The translations under genes and the position numbers were made by a program. From a virus: 64,000 nucleotides of DNA. The notes below the pieces were generated by a model, which saw only the letters and a list, made by a program, of their open reading frames with translations, made no database searches and was not told the origin of the DNA. Each line of letters begins with the position of its first letter. The first letter of the stretch is position 1. Where the stretch lies: positions 23,864 to 87,863 of IMG/VR virus record IMGVR_UViG_3300036766_000184; one strand, 5' to 3'. Below, one piece after another: positions 1-9,096 of this stretch.

Positions 1-2
1 AG

Positions 3-230
3 CGCCACCTCTGCCCGCTCCAGCTCGACGTGATTGACCGCGCGCTAATCCTGTGGAGCAACCCCGGCGATACCGTGGTGTCGCCATTCATGGGCATCGG
101 CTCCGAAGGCGTGTGCGCGCTGAGGCTCGGTCGCCGCTTCATTGGTGTGGAGCTGAAAGAGTCGTACTTCGCGCAAGGCAGCGGCTATCTGAACGCGGAA
201 GATCGACAGATGGAACTGACGACCCTCTAG
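3..230 (+). CDS. N6-A/N4-C DNA methyltransferase, C-terminal part (truncated by window start)
   Basis: HLCPLQLDVIDRALILWSNPGDTVVSPFMGIGSEG...FIGVEL: FxGxG SAM-binding motif in the C-terminal position of beta-class MTases. Confidence 0.85.
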   Translation, partial: RHLCPLQLDVIDRALILWSNPGDTVVSPFMGIGSEGVCALRLGRRFIGVELKESYFAQGSGYLNAEDRQMELTTL

Positions 231-568
231 ACCAGCTTCCGATTCGCCGGGACCCACTCAAGCAGCCCCACCTTCGCCAACTCCACTACGCGTGCCCCTT
301 CGGTCATCGTCGCCAACCTCGCGCCGATCCGACACCGATCGCAGCGTGGAACGCCGGGTGCGATCTTGGTCCAGCAGGTGTCGCACCGGGAGAGCGCCTG
401 AGACTCGCCTGACCGCGCCCGCAGCGAGCGGTCGATCTCCGCCTGTAGGACGTGCTCGCGGGGGATCGCGGGCCGTTCGACCATGTGTCCGCAGGCCGTG
501 CAGACGTAGGCCGCGGGTTCCGTTCGCATGAAGCCCCGGCACCGATCACAGCGTTTCGCTTTCGCCAC
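227..568 (-). CDS. Zinc-ribbon protein with four CxxC pairs
   Basis: CDRC, CTAC, CDTC, CDRC; GGAGGT RBS before GTG start. Confidence 0.65.
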   Translation of the reverse strand: MAKAKRCDRCRGFMRTEPAAYVCTACGHMVERPAIPREHVLQAEIDRSLRARSGESQALSRCDTCWTKIAPGVPRCDRCRIGARLATMTEGARVVELAKVGLLEWVPANRKLV

Positions 569-614
569 GGGCTACCTCCGGGAGTGTTGAGCCTCGCCGC
601 ATAGTACTAGAAAA

Positions 615-643
615 TTGACATTGACAACGCCCGCGTCCTAACA
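615..643 (+). promoter_or_regulatory. Sigma70-like promoter for the virion operon
   Basis: TTGACA (615-620), 17 bp, TAACAT (638-643); a second TTGACA follows in tandem at 621-626. Confidence 0.55.
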
Positions 644-679
644 TCGCGTCAACGTAGTACCGGGACGCCTTCTGACAAG

Positions 680-736
680 AAGCCCGGGGTGCAGATGGAG
701 AGAGTCGTTCTCTCTGTCCAGCGCTCCGGGCTTTTT
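680..736 (+). terminator. Long hairpin plus T-run in the leader (terminator/attenuator-like)
   Basis: aagcccggggtgc ... gcgctccgggctt with inner gagag/ctctc stem, ending in TTTTT. Confidence 0.5.
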
Positions 737-788
737 GCGTTCGGCGCACGGACTCCAGGCTGCCCGACCGGGCAAGGAGAGGACACAC

Positions 789-1928
789 ATGGCGACCAAG
801 ACCGACGGAGGTAGCGTGGCGACAGCGACTGAAGGCGAGATCGAGATCGTGGTCCCCGAGGGGATGGAAGACATCCTCGACGCGGCGACCGGCGCGCCCG
901 TGCGCCTGGACGGCGATCGTCTCCCGACCGACATCGAGGGCGCCTTCGCGGGCGACGAGACGATCGGTGAGAACGTACCAGCGCTCGCGCCTGAGCCGGT
1001 CGCCGCCGCGACCCCGGCCGCCGAGCCGGTCGTGCCATCTACCGAACCCGCCGCCGAGGTGGTCGCGTCACCGCCCCTCGACCCCCGAGCCTCCCGCCAC
1101 GCCCTTGAAGCGCAGGCCGACCTGGACCGGATCGACGAAGAGATCGAGCTGGGCCGCAAGACGATGCGCGCGGCGGCCCCGATCGACGCCGAGACGGAGA
1201 TGTCGGACGAGGACTGGGGCAAGCTCCAGGCCAAGGTCGTTGAGAAGGCCGGGGAAGCGCAGGACTTCGGCCAGGCCGTCAACGAAGTGTTCTCGACCCT
1301 CCGCGAGATCGACAAGCAGAAGGCGGTCACGCGCGCCTCGAAGCAGACCTTCACCAATCGAAACGCAGCCCTCACGGCCATGACGGAAGCGGCCCGCGAG
1401 CGGCACCCGGATTTCGACGCGATCGTGACCGATTCCGGCATCTGGGCTCAGGCCCACCTGGACAGCCCCACGAAGGACCCGGCGATCTCCAAGCTGGTCT
1501 ACTCCGCGATCGACCCGGCCGAGAAGGCGTACTGGCTGGGCCGGACCAAGATTGCCAGGGCGAACAAACGCGATCCCTCGGACCCGGACTTCGCGAAGCC
1601 GATCGGGGCGCCGGTCGCCGCCGCCGTGCCCGCCGCCGTGCCGGCTGTCGTACCGGCTGTTGTGCCAGACCCCGAGCCCGCGCCAGGGACCCCGGCCGCG
1701 ATCCGCCGGGACGCCACGAGGGCGACCGTCGACAAGCTGGCGGCCACGAGCACGCGCGGGCGTGGCGTCGACACCTTCACGCCGGCAGGGCGACCCACGA
1801 CCACGATGTCGATCGAGCGTCTGGACCGACTTCAAGAGCAGAACCCGGAGGCGTATCAGCGCCTCATCACCGCCAATCCGGGCCTGGGCGACGCCCACAT
1901 GATGGGCGACCTCACTCAAGTCGCATGA
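789..1928 (+). CDS. Putative capsid scaffolding protein
   Basis: Acidic, Pro/Ala-rich and helical; HPDFDAIV...DPAEKAYWLG typical of podovirus scaffolds; directly upstream of capsid gene; AAGGAG RBS. Confidence 0.75.
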   Translation: MATKTDGGSVATATEGEIEIVVPEGMEDILDAATGAPVRLDGDRLPTDIEGAFAGDETIGENVPALAPEPVAAATPAAEPVVPSTEPAAEVVASPPLDPRASRHALEAQADLDRIDEEIELGRKTMRAAAPIDAETEMSDEDWGKLQAKVVEKAGEAQDFGQAVNEVFSTLREIDKQKAVTRASKQTFTNRNAALTAMTEAARERHPDFDAIVTDSGIWAQAHLDSPTKDPAISKLVYSAIDPAEKAYWLGRTKIARANKRDPSDPDFAKPIGAPVAAAVPAAVPAVVPAVVPDPEPAPGTPAAIRRDATRATVDKLAATSTRGRGVDTFTPAGRPTTTMSIERLDRLQEQNPEAYQRLITANPGLGDAHMMGDLTQVA

Positions 1929-1948
1929 AAATAAGGAGATAGAGACCC

Positions 1949-2992
1949 ATGAAGACCCTCACCCATCAGCTCCAGGCGGCCTACGAGGCCCTCGGCCTGC
2001 CCATCATCATGGGTGGGACGGACACCGAAGTCCTCACGGGCGACGCCGTCACCGTCAAGCGGTGGGCGAGTCGTCTCTGGGTCGAGATGCCCCGGTCGAT
2101 CTACTGGGCGAAGTTCATGAAGACCAACGACATGAACTCGATCATCGAGGTCAAGGAAGACCTGGTCGGCCAGCCCGGAGATCAGATCACCTTCACGCTC
2201 CTGCGCAAGCTGACGGGCGCCGGCGTGTCGGGTGACAACACGATGGAAGGCAGCGAAGAGGCGATGGTGCCGTATTCCGACACCGTGGTCCTCGATCAGG
2301 TCAGGAACGCCGTCCGGCTCAAGGGCAAGCTCTCGGAGCGCCGCACCGCATGGTCGCAGCGCAACGCGGCCAAGACCATCCTCCAGACGTGGATGGCCGA
2401 GACGATCGACGACGACATCTTCACCCAGTTCGACAGCTCCCCGTCGACCGCGCTCTACGGCGGCTCCGCGACCGCGACGGCCAACATCACGACCTCCGAC
2501 AAGGTGACCCCGAGTCTGTTCAACCGGGCGGTCGCCAAGTCCCGCAAGTCCATCCCGAAGATCTGGCCGGTGCGCCTGAACGGCAAGGACCTGTTCGTCT
2601 CGGTCCTGCACACGGATGTCGCGTACGACCTGGAGCAGGACTCGACCTGGCAGGCGTTCCAGCGTGACGCGGCGATGCGCGGGGACGACAACCCCATCTT
2701 CACCGGCATGAACGGCATGATCGGCGGCGTCATCATCCACTCGCACGAGAAGGTGCCGATCTCGACCACGTACGGCGCGGGCGGCAATCTGACCGGCGCG
2801 GCCAACTTCTTCCTCGGGAGACAGGCGGGACTGTTCGCTTGGGGTGAGCGTCCCAAGTGGTGGGAAAAGGAATTCGATTACGGGAACGCGACTGGATTTT
2901 GCATCGGGGCTACCTGGGACTTCACAAAGGCAGTGTTTAACAGCGTGGATCACGCTTTCATCAGTCTTCGTTCGTATAGAACTTCCGTCTAG
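1949..2992 (+). CDS. Major capsid protein (N4-gp56/DUF4043-like)
   Basis: VKRWASRL, GDQITFTL, GVSGDNTMEGSEE, DQVRNAV, NPIFTG, GVIIH, EEF/KEFDYGN-type motifs; strong RBS. Confidence 0.9.
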   Translation: MKTLTHQLQAAYEALGLPIIMGGTDTEVLTGDAVTVKRWASRLWVEMPRSIYWAKFMKTNDMNSIIEVKEDLVGQPGDQITFTLLRKLTGAGVSGDNTMEGSEEAMVPYSDTVVLDQVRNAVRLKGKLSERRTAWSQRNAAKTILQTWMAETIDDDIFTQFDSSPSTALYGGSATATANITTSDKVTPSLFNRAVAKSRKSIPKIWPVRLNGKDLFVSVLHTDVAYDLEQDSTWQAFQRDAAMRGDDNPIFTGMNGMIGGVIIHSHEKVPISTTYGAGGNLTGAANFFLGRQAGLFAWGERPKWWEKEFDYGNATGFCIGATWDFTKAVFNSVDHAFISLRSYRTSV

Positions 2993-3001
2993 AGAATCTT
3001 C

Positions 3002-3030
3002 TTGACTCTCACGATGGATGTTGCTAAGCT
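3002..3030 (+). promoter_or_regulatory. Promoter of the free-standing HNH-like gene
   Basis: TTGACT, 17 bp, TAAGCT. Confidence 0.5.
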
Positions 3031-3074
3031 GCCCTCCATGGCCAGCGCTACTGGCGGCCATGGAGGAGTCAGCG

Positions 3075-3656
3075 ATGGAAGAGGAGAGAACCAAACGATG
3101 CGGTGTTTGCAAACTGGACAAGCCGCTCTCGGCCTTCTACGCCAAGCCAGGCGTGAAGGACGGACGGATGTCGAAGTGCAAGGACTGCCAACGTCAGTAC
3201 GTGCAGGGTCGCTACAACCGCATCCGTCCGGTGTGGCCCGAGGGTCACAAGTACTGCCCGCGATGCAAGCGGGTATTGCTGTTCGCGGAGTTCGACAAGA
3301 ACGCGCGCCGCGGAGATGGCTTGCAGACCTACTGCAAGACGTGCTGGCCGGAGTACCAGAAGTACTGGCGCAAGCGGCCCGAGGCGGGCTTCATGGCGAC
3401 CGAGAAAATCAAGCGGAGCCTGAAGACTCCTGTCGGCGCGCTCAAGGCTCGGGCACGTCAACTCACCGCGCTGGCCATTCAGTTCGGCCACCTCGTGCCT
3501 GCGCCCTGCGAGGCCGACGGGTGCGGAAGCCTGGATGTCCAGGCGCATCACACGCAGTACGAGAAGCCGCTCGACGGGATTCGCTGGTACTGCGAGAAGC
3601 ACCACTTGGACGTGGGCCACGGCGGTCAGTGGACGAATCCGCCGGTGGGCGCCTAA
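3075..3656 (+). CDS. HNH-like endonuclease with two N-terminal Zn-finger repeats
   Basis: KRCGVCK..F..DG...CKDC and KYCPRCK..F..DGL..YCKTC; C-terminal CEADGC...AHHTQYEKPLDGIRWYCEKHH. Confidence 0.75.
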   Translation: MEEERTKRCGVCKLDKPLSAFYAKPGVKDGRMSKCKDCQRQYVQGRYNRIRPVWPEGHKYCPRCKRVLLFAEFDKNARRGDGLQTYCKTCWPEYQKYWRKRPEAGFMATEKIKRSLKTPVGALKARARQLTALAIQFGHLVPAPCEADGCGSLDVQAHHTQYEKPLDGIRWYCEKHHLDVGHGGQWTNPPVGA

Positions 3657-3740
3657 GCCGTGCCGCTCCACGCCCCTCGTGGGCCGCCTAGCAGGAGGGC
3701 CTCGACGCCGCCAAGGCGAAGGCCAGGAGGAAGAGAGACC

Positions 3741-4436
3741 ATGGACACCGTGACAGCCCAGAAGCCCCTGAAGGCCCCGAAGGCTCCGAAGCCGCGCCCC
3801 GGCGATGACTACGACGACGCGCTGGCTGACTCCTCGGATGACGTCGAGCAGCGGGCCGCCGAAGCGCATCAGGCCCAGATGGGTTCGGCCCAGATGGACG
3901 ACGACCTCGATCTGTCCATCGTGGAAGATCGTGATGTCGAGATCGGGATGCCGCTGATCCCGCGCGCCCGCGTGGTCTATGTCGGGTCGCATCCCAAGAA
4001 GAACGAGCCGATCCGGGGCCAGATGGTCACCGAGTCGTGGGAAGCCGAGCCCGCCGTCGAGGCCGACCCGAAACGTGGGATCGCGGCTCGGCCGGCCGTC
4101 ATGGAGTACAGCAAGACGCCCACGACCGAGTCCGGGATCACGAGCTACAACTTCGCCATCCGGGACGAGCGGGGCCGAATCTTGACTCAGCGCCTGATGC
4201 CGCGGGACGCCAACCAGAAGGTCGCGGGCAAGCCGTGGGGGGTCTGTGAGCACCCCGAGCACCTGCGGTACTTCTTGCGCAAGCGGGATCGGGCCGGCGT
4301 GCGCGAGTACGAGGTCCTGATCCCCCAGGCGAAGCGGGCCGCGTTCGACAACTACGTGTCCGACAAGGAACGCGCGATCGGTCGCCACCACGCCCTCGCG
4401 GACTACTCGGCGGGGCTGCGTCAGACCCCTGAGTAA
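3741..4436 (+). CDS. Hypothetical protein in the virion operon
   Basis: Clean ORF, AGGAGG RBS, high GC3. Confidence 0.7.
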   Translation: MDTVTAQKPLKAPKAPKPRPGDDYDDALADSSDDVEQRAAEAHQAQMGSAQMDDDLDLSIVEDRDVEIGMPLIPRARVVYVGSHPKKNEPIRGQMVTESWEAEPAVEADPKRGIAARPAVMEYSKTPTTESGITSYNFAIRDERGRILTQRLMPRDANQKVAGKPWGVCEHPEHLRYFLRKRDRAGVREYEVLIPQAKRAAFDNYVSDKERAIGRHHALADYSAGLRQTPE

Positions 4437-4448
4437 AGGAGCTGCGCC

Positions 4449-4763
4449 ATGAGTGACCAGAAGGAATCCGGCAAGAACATGACCGGCATGGCCGATCCGG
4501 GCCGGGACGGGAAGCCCTACAGCGGGGCCTCGGATCTGGGCGAGTTTTCGACCAGCGGCGAGCCACGGAAGATCAACGCGGCCGGCCGCGCCAACGTGGA
4601 AGACACGACCCCGGCCAACGGGGAGAGCAAGAGCGCCAGCGGGGCGCTCGCGGAGTTCGGCGGGGTCAGTGACCCGCAGCGGATCAGCGCCCTCAAGGTC
4701 TCCGGGGCCTCGATCGAGATCCCGCGTGAGGGGTACGACGACGCCAAGAACCTGAAGGTTTAG
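4449..4763 (+). CDS. Hypothetical protein
   Basis: AAGGAG RBS; followed by GC hairpin gcgccgggc/gcccggcgc. Confidence 0.7.
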   Translation: MSDQKESGKNMTGMADPGRDGKPYSGASDLGEFSTSGEPRKINAAGRANVEDTTPANGESKSASGALAEFGGVSDPQRISALKVSGASIEIPREGYDDAKNLKV

Positions 4764-4883
4764 GGTCGGCATGCCGCGCCGGGCATCCGCGCCCGGCGCT
4801 CTCGCCCTCGCCCTGCCGGGGTGCGGGGGCGCCCGACACGATCGGGATTCCTTGCCCGCGCGGGCAGCGAAGGTGTCCTCGTC

Positions 4884-5765
4884 GTGGCGATAAACGACCT
4901 CCTGTCGTATGAAGACGTTTTGGATCTCGTGCTCTCGAAGTCGAACGAGGAGACGGACGGCTCCTCCGACTGGGACCTCGAAGCGCGCGCGGCCGTGGTC
5001 GCCCAGCACCGCCGTCTCGTCAACCTCTTCCCGTGGGTCTGCCTGGAGAAGTCTCCGCCCGGGATGCTCCTGACCACGGCGGCGATCACGAGCCTGACGA
5101 TCGCCGTCGCGGCGGCCGGGATCGGGGTCGCGGTGAGCCTCAGCGCGGTGCCGTCCCGAGACATCACGGGCGAGAAGATCACGCTCGGCAAGGACTACGT
5201 ACTGCGCGTGCTCTCGGGCGGCACGACCGCGACCCCGGTCGTCGACATGGTGCCGGAAGTGATCGCCTCCGGGACGGCCTGCACGATCTATCAGGACGAG
5301 TACACCCTGGCGAGCGACTTCAACATGCTCGTCAACGGCCTCTGGACCCGCGGTGGGCGCTTCATCCCGGTCACCGATGACGAGCGGACCCGCCGCACCG
5401 CCTGGGGCCCGGCTCCGTCGCAGCAAGGCTGGCCGCCCCGTATGGCGACCATGGTGGGCCCCCAGCGCATCCGCATCTCGGGCTGGGACACGCAGCGCCA
5501 CCCGATCGAGTACCCCTACACGTATAACCCCGGCGATCCGTCCGGAACCGGCGCGATGACGATCGAGCCCAGCTTGCGCGTCCTCCTGGTCTCCATGGCG
5601 CTCCCGGAGGTCCTCGATCTCAAGCGCGGGTTTTCGGAGTCGCTCAAGCTGCGCCAGTTCGAGCCGGGCCTGATCGAGGAAGCCAAGGACACGGATCATC
5701 GCCGCCGGCGCGGTGGAGAACTCGGTCGCCTGAGCCGCGAGCAGTCGGAAAGCCCGTGGGCCTAA
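4884..5765 (+). CDS. Putative head-tail adaptor (tail tubular protein A-like)
   Basis: FPW..LEK, YQDEYTLASDF, GWPPRMA motifs; position between capsid and nozzle genes. Confidence 0.65.
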   Translation: MAINDLLSYEDVLDLVLSKSNEETDGSSDWDLEARAAVVAQHRRLVNLFPWVCLEKSPPGMLLTTAAITSLTIAVAAAGIGVAVSLSAVPSRDITGEKITLGKDYVLRVLSGGTTATPVVDMVPEVIASGTACTIYQDEYTLASDFNMLVNGLWTRGGRFIPVTDDERTRRTAWGPAPSQQGWPPRMATMVGPQRIRISGWDTQRHPIEYPYTYNPGDPSGTGAMTIEPSLRVLLVSMALPEVLDLKRGFSESLKLRQFEPGLIEEAKDTDHRRRRGGELGRLSREQSESPWA

Positions 5766-5769
5766 CCTG

Positions 5770-7347
5770 ATGTGGGATGATACGCAGGATCTGAAGATCG
5801 TACTTGGGCGTGAGGGTTTTTTTGGTCTCCGGCAGCGCGACAGAATAGCGTTGGGCGGCCTCGTCACTCTTCGTAACGCCACCCTGGAAGACAACACGCT
5901 GCGCACCGTCGGGGGGGCCTCGAAGTTCGGCATCCCCGTCACGGGCGCGCCGCATGTCTTGGGCTGCCACGATTACTGGGAAGACCCGATCACTCAGCGC
6001 AACGTCGTGATGGGGTCCGATGGCAAGCTCTGGGAAGACGACGGGGCGGCCGGGGCGTGGGCTGATGTCACCGGGGCGCTCGGTGCGCTGACCGTGACGG
6101 GGGCGGTGCCGCACTTCTCGGACGGTGGGAAAGAGACCACAGGGCTGAGCCGGGCTCTGTTCTACGCCGATGGCGTCAACGCGCAACGGGTCCGGCGCGG
6201 GTCCGGGGCCTTCGCGGCCTTGACCAACCCGGCCCCTGAGTGGGCGGGCACGAACCGGCCCCGCGGATTCTTCATCAACCAGCAATACAACTGGGCTTTC
6301 GGCAACCCGAGCTTCCCGCACCACCTGATCCGGTCGCTCGACACGAACCACGAGAACTTCACCGCGACCCCGTTCGCGGCGCCGATCTTCCCCGGTCAGG
6401 GGCTCTACATCTCGTGCTGCCTGGACTTCAAGGGCCTCATCATCGTGTGGAAGTTCCCGGAAGGGGTCTACGCCTACGACACCCGGGACGCCGATTCCTC
6501 GAAGTGGTACGCGGTCAAGGTCGGGTCCGGTGGGTGCCCGAGCCCGACCGGGGCCGAGGTGGTCGAGAACGACGTGATCTGGGTCGATCTCACGGGCGGC
6601 CTCCATCTGCTATCGGCCGTGCAGGAAACGGGCTCGGTCAAGGCCGAGGATCTGTCCTACAAGAAGTTGTCCCGCTACATCCCGGACAAAATCAGCCGGC
6701 CGATGCTGACGCGGTGCCAGTTGCGCTACAACCCGGATCGCCAGAAAGTCGTCCTGGCCTGTGCCGCACAAGGGTCGACCACGCTCAACCGGCGACTGAC
6801 GCTGGACTACAACAACAAGGCCGAGGTCGGCGAGCGCTGGATCATCGAAGACCGGGATGTCAACGAATCCCTCTTCATGCGACGCGACGCAGCCGACAAC
6901 GTCCTCAAGCCGATCATGGGCGATGACGTCGGGCAGCTCTGGAAGCTCGACACGGACGCGCGGACCAAGGACGGCGCGGGTTATACCTTCGAGTGGTGGA
7001 CCGCCGACTCGGATTTCTCGCAGCTTGCGCCGACCTTCATGGGCAAGTCGATCAACGGGGCCTATATCCAGTTGGTCTACGATCCGCGCGGCTCGGTCGA
7101 TCACACGATCCGGGTCTGGCGGGACGGGACGATGCGCCAGTCGATCCCCTTCACGCTGAGCGGCGGGGACAACACACTCCCCTTCGTGTTCCCGATCGTC
7201 TTCGGGGCTTCCACGATGATGGCGACGCGGAAACGTCGGTTGCTCGGGTCTGCGCGCCGCTGGGCGTTCCAGGGGTTGTCGAGCGCGACGGGCGCGGATG
7301 TGTCGATTGCGGGACTGATCCTCGGGTTGCACGTTGGGCGGGAATGA
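5770..7347 (+). CDS. Putative tail nozzle / DNA stabilisation protein (P22 gp10 / tubular B-like)
   Basis: 525-aa beta-rich protein with GCPSP..AEVVENDVIWVD..G.H.L and LSYKK motif; synteny. Confidence 0.75.
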   Translation: MWDDTQDLKIVLGREGFFGLRQRDRIALGGLVTLRNATLEDNTLRTVGGASKFGIPVTGAPHVLGCHDYWEDPITQRNVVMGSDGKLWEDDGAAGAWADVTGALGALTVTGAVPHFSDGGKETTGLSRALFYADGVNAQRVRRGSGAFAALTNPAPEWAGTNRPRGFFINQQYNWAFGNPSFPHHLIRSLDTNHENFTATPFAAPIFPGQGLYISCCLDFKGLIIVWKFPEGVYAYDTRDADSSKWYAVKVGSGGCPSPTGAEVVENDVIWVDLTGGLHLLSAVQETGSVKAEDLSYKKLSRYIPDKISRPMLTRCQLRYNPDRQKVVLACAAQGSTTLNRRLTLDYNNKAEVGERWIIEDRDVNESLFMRRDAADNVLKPIMGDDVGQLWKLDTDARTKDGAGYTFEWWTADSDFSQLAPTFMGKSINGAYIQLVYDPRGSVDHTIRVWRDGTMRQSIPFTLSGGDNTLPFVFPIVFGASTMMATRKRRLLGSARRWAFQGLSSATGADVSIAGLILGLHVGRE

Positions 7348-7361
7348 GAGGGGTGATCGCT

Positions 7362-8516
7362 GTGAGACGGATCGGACTGGTACTCGGCCTTATCATGGCG
7401 CTCGCGCTCGGTGTCGCGGGGACCGTGTCCGCAGGAAACTGCGGGACGTATTCCACGTACTCCACCGGGTCAAGTTTTGGCGCCGCCGACATCAACGGCA
7501 TCCAGATTCTCCTGGGCCAAACAAACATGACGCCACTCTGCGTCTCGCCATACGCGGCCACCGCTGGCCAGATGCAGACGACGACCGACCCCTATCCCGC
7601 AGGGGCCGTGAGCCTGCCCACGAGTCTTCAAGGCGAACTGACCGGCCTCCGCCACGTCATCAAGCAGCTCACGGGCTGGACCTACTGGTACACCCACACG
7701 GACGACTTCACCCGGAACGCGACGTGGAACACGCTCGGGCAGAGCTTCTGCGCGTTCTGCGTGAACATCACCGACACGGCGAGCCATCCGATTTCTAGGT
7801 TCATCGACCTCGTGATCGTGGGCACCGGCTCGAAGTTCTCGGTCGACAAGGCCGGGAATACGGTGATCGGCGGGACGTTGGCGCTCACAGGCGCGTTCAC
7901 GGGCACGATCCCGGTCACGGCATTCAACAGCGGCACCGGCGCGTCGGCCTCGACCGTCCTGCACGGCAACAGCACGTGGGGCGCGGTCAATCTCGCCTCC
8001 CAGGTCACCGGCAATCTTGGGGTCGCCAACCTCAACAGCGGCACCGGAGCATCCTCGGCGACCTTCTGGCGTGGTGACGGCACGTGGGGCGCGGCGGGCG
8101 CGGCGGTCGTCCAGATCAAAAGCGCGACCTATTCAACGGCGGGTACCGCGACTGGAACGACGCTGACCGATAGCGGCCTCTCGGTAACCATCACGCCGAC
8201 GAGTGCCAGCAATAGCGTGCGCATCACGGCGGTCCAGAACGGAGTCAGCGTCAACACGGCGGGCCAGTGGGGGCTCTTGAGGCTCCTGCGGGGCGCGGGC
8301 GTCATCGCGTCCACGCTGCAATACGGCGGCTCAATCGCGACCGCCTTCGGGTCGGTCACGGTTGTCATCGGCCCGTACTGTGATAGCCCGGCCACCACTG
8401 GGGCCACGACCTACAAGACCCAGTACGCGGGCAGCGCGGGCGGGGTCAGTATCTCTGTGCAGGACTCATCGTCGACATCGTTCATCGTCGCGGAAGAGGT
8501 GACCTCATGTTCGTAA
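7362..8516 (+). CDS. Tail fibre / receptor-binding protein with N-terminal signal peptide
   Basis: Fibre motifs GTGASASTVLHGNSTW and GTGASSATFWRGDGTW; C-terminal VVQ...GLSVTITPTSAS...DSPATTGATTYK domain; N-terminus MRRIGLVLGLIMALALGVAGTVSA (alternative start 7344). Confidence 0.8.
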   Translation: MRRIGLVLGLIMALALGVAGTVSAGNCGTYSTYSTGSSFGAADINGIQILLGQTNMTPLCVSPYAATAGQMQTTTDPYPAGAVSLPTSLQGELTGLRHVIKQLTGWTYWYTHTDDFTRNATWNTLGQSFCAFCVNITDTASHPISRFIDLVIVGTGSKFSVDKAGNTVIGGTLALTGAFTGTIPVTAFNSGTGASASTVLHGNSTWGAVNLASQVTGNLGVANLNSGTGASSATFWRGDGTWGAAGAAVVQIKSATYSTAGTATGTTLTDSGLSVTITPTSASNSVRITAVQNGVSVNTAGQWGLLRLLRGAGVIASTLQYGGSIATAFGSVTVVIGPYCDSPATTGATTYKTQYAGSAGGVSISVQDSSSTSFIVAEEVTSCS

Positions 8517-8845
8517 TACTCGCGCTCGCCGTGCTGTTCGTGACCACGCCCGCGTGGGCGCTCGATGCCAAGGCCATCGCAACGACGATCACGGGCCAGT
8601 GCCCGGACGCCGAGTTTTCCTATCAAGGTGACGGGTCCTCGCTCGGCGCGCACACGGCGGCGAACGGCGACAAGGCCACGGGGCTCACATGGATCGCGTC
8701 ATCGACCTGTCCCACGAGACCGACACTGGCTGAGATTCAGGCGTGGGCCGCCGCGAAGCCAGCCCCGGAGAAGATCGCGGATCGTATCGAGGCTGCCAAG
8801 ACGTTGAACGACCTGAAGGTCATCCTCAAGGAGCGCCTGAAGTGA
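8507..8845 (+). CDS. Putative tail-fibre chaperone/adjunct (XkdW-like) with signal peptide
   Basis: PDAEFSY..D...LTW......RPTLAEIQAW pattern seen after such fibres; N-terminus MFVILALAVLFVTTPAWA. Confidence 0.65.
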   Translation: MFVILALAVLFVTTPAWALDAKAIATTITGQCPDAEFSYQGDGSSLGAHTAANGDKATGLTWIASSTCPTRPTLAEIQAWAAAKPAPEKIADRIEAAKTLNDLKVILKERLK

Positions 8846-9096
8846 TGAGAATGGTGCTCCTCTCGGCCCTCGCGGCTATCCTACTGGTCGTGGGTGCCGC
8901 GCAGGCGCAGGCCCCACCGGCGGGGTCGACGTGCGAAGGTAAGCTCGAAGAGCAGTCGATCATGCTGCAAGCGGTGTCGGCGGGGCGGATTCGGGCCGAG
9001 GCCGAGAGCGCGGTGGAGATCGCCCGACTCCGCCAGCAGGTGCGGGAACTGGCCAAGAAGCTGGACGACGTTGCCCGGACGGGCAAGGGGAACTGA
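8845..9096 (+). CDS. Small exported coiled-coil protein
   Basis: MRMVLLSALAAILLVVGAAQA signal peptide; C-terminal heptads. Confidence 0.65.
   Translation: MRMVLLSALAAILLVVGAAQAQAPPAGSTCEGKLEEQSIMLQAVSAGRIRAEAESAVEIARLRQQVRELAKKLDDVARTGKGN

Noticed and set aside
3069-5942. 957-aa minus-strand ORF and many other long antisense ORFs
   Set aside because: Shadows of high-GC3 plus-strand genes; Arg-rich, no motifs, no RBS
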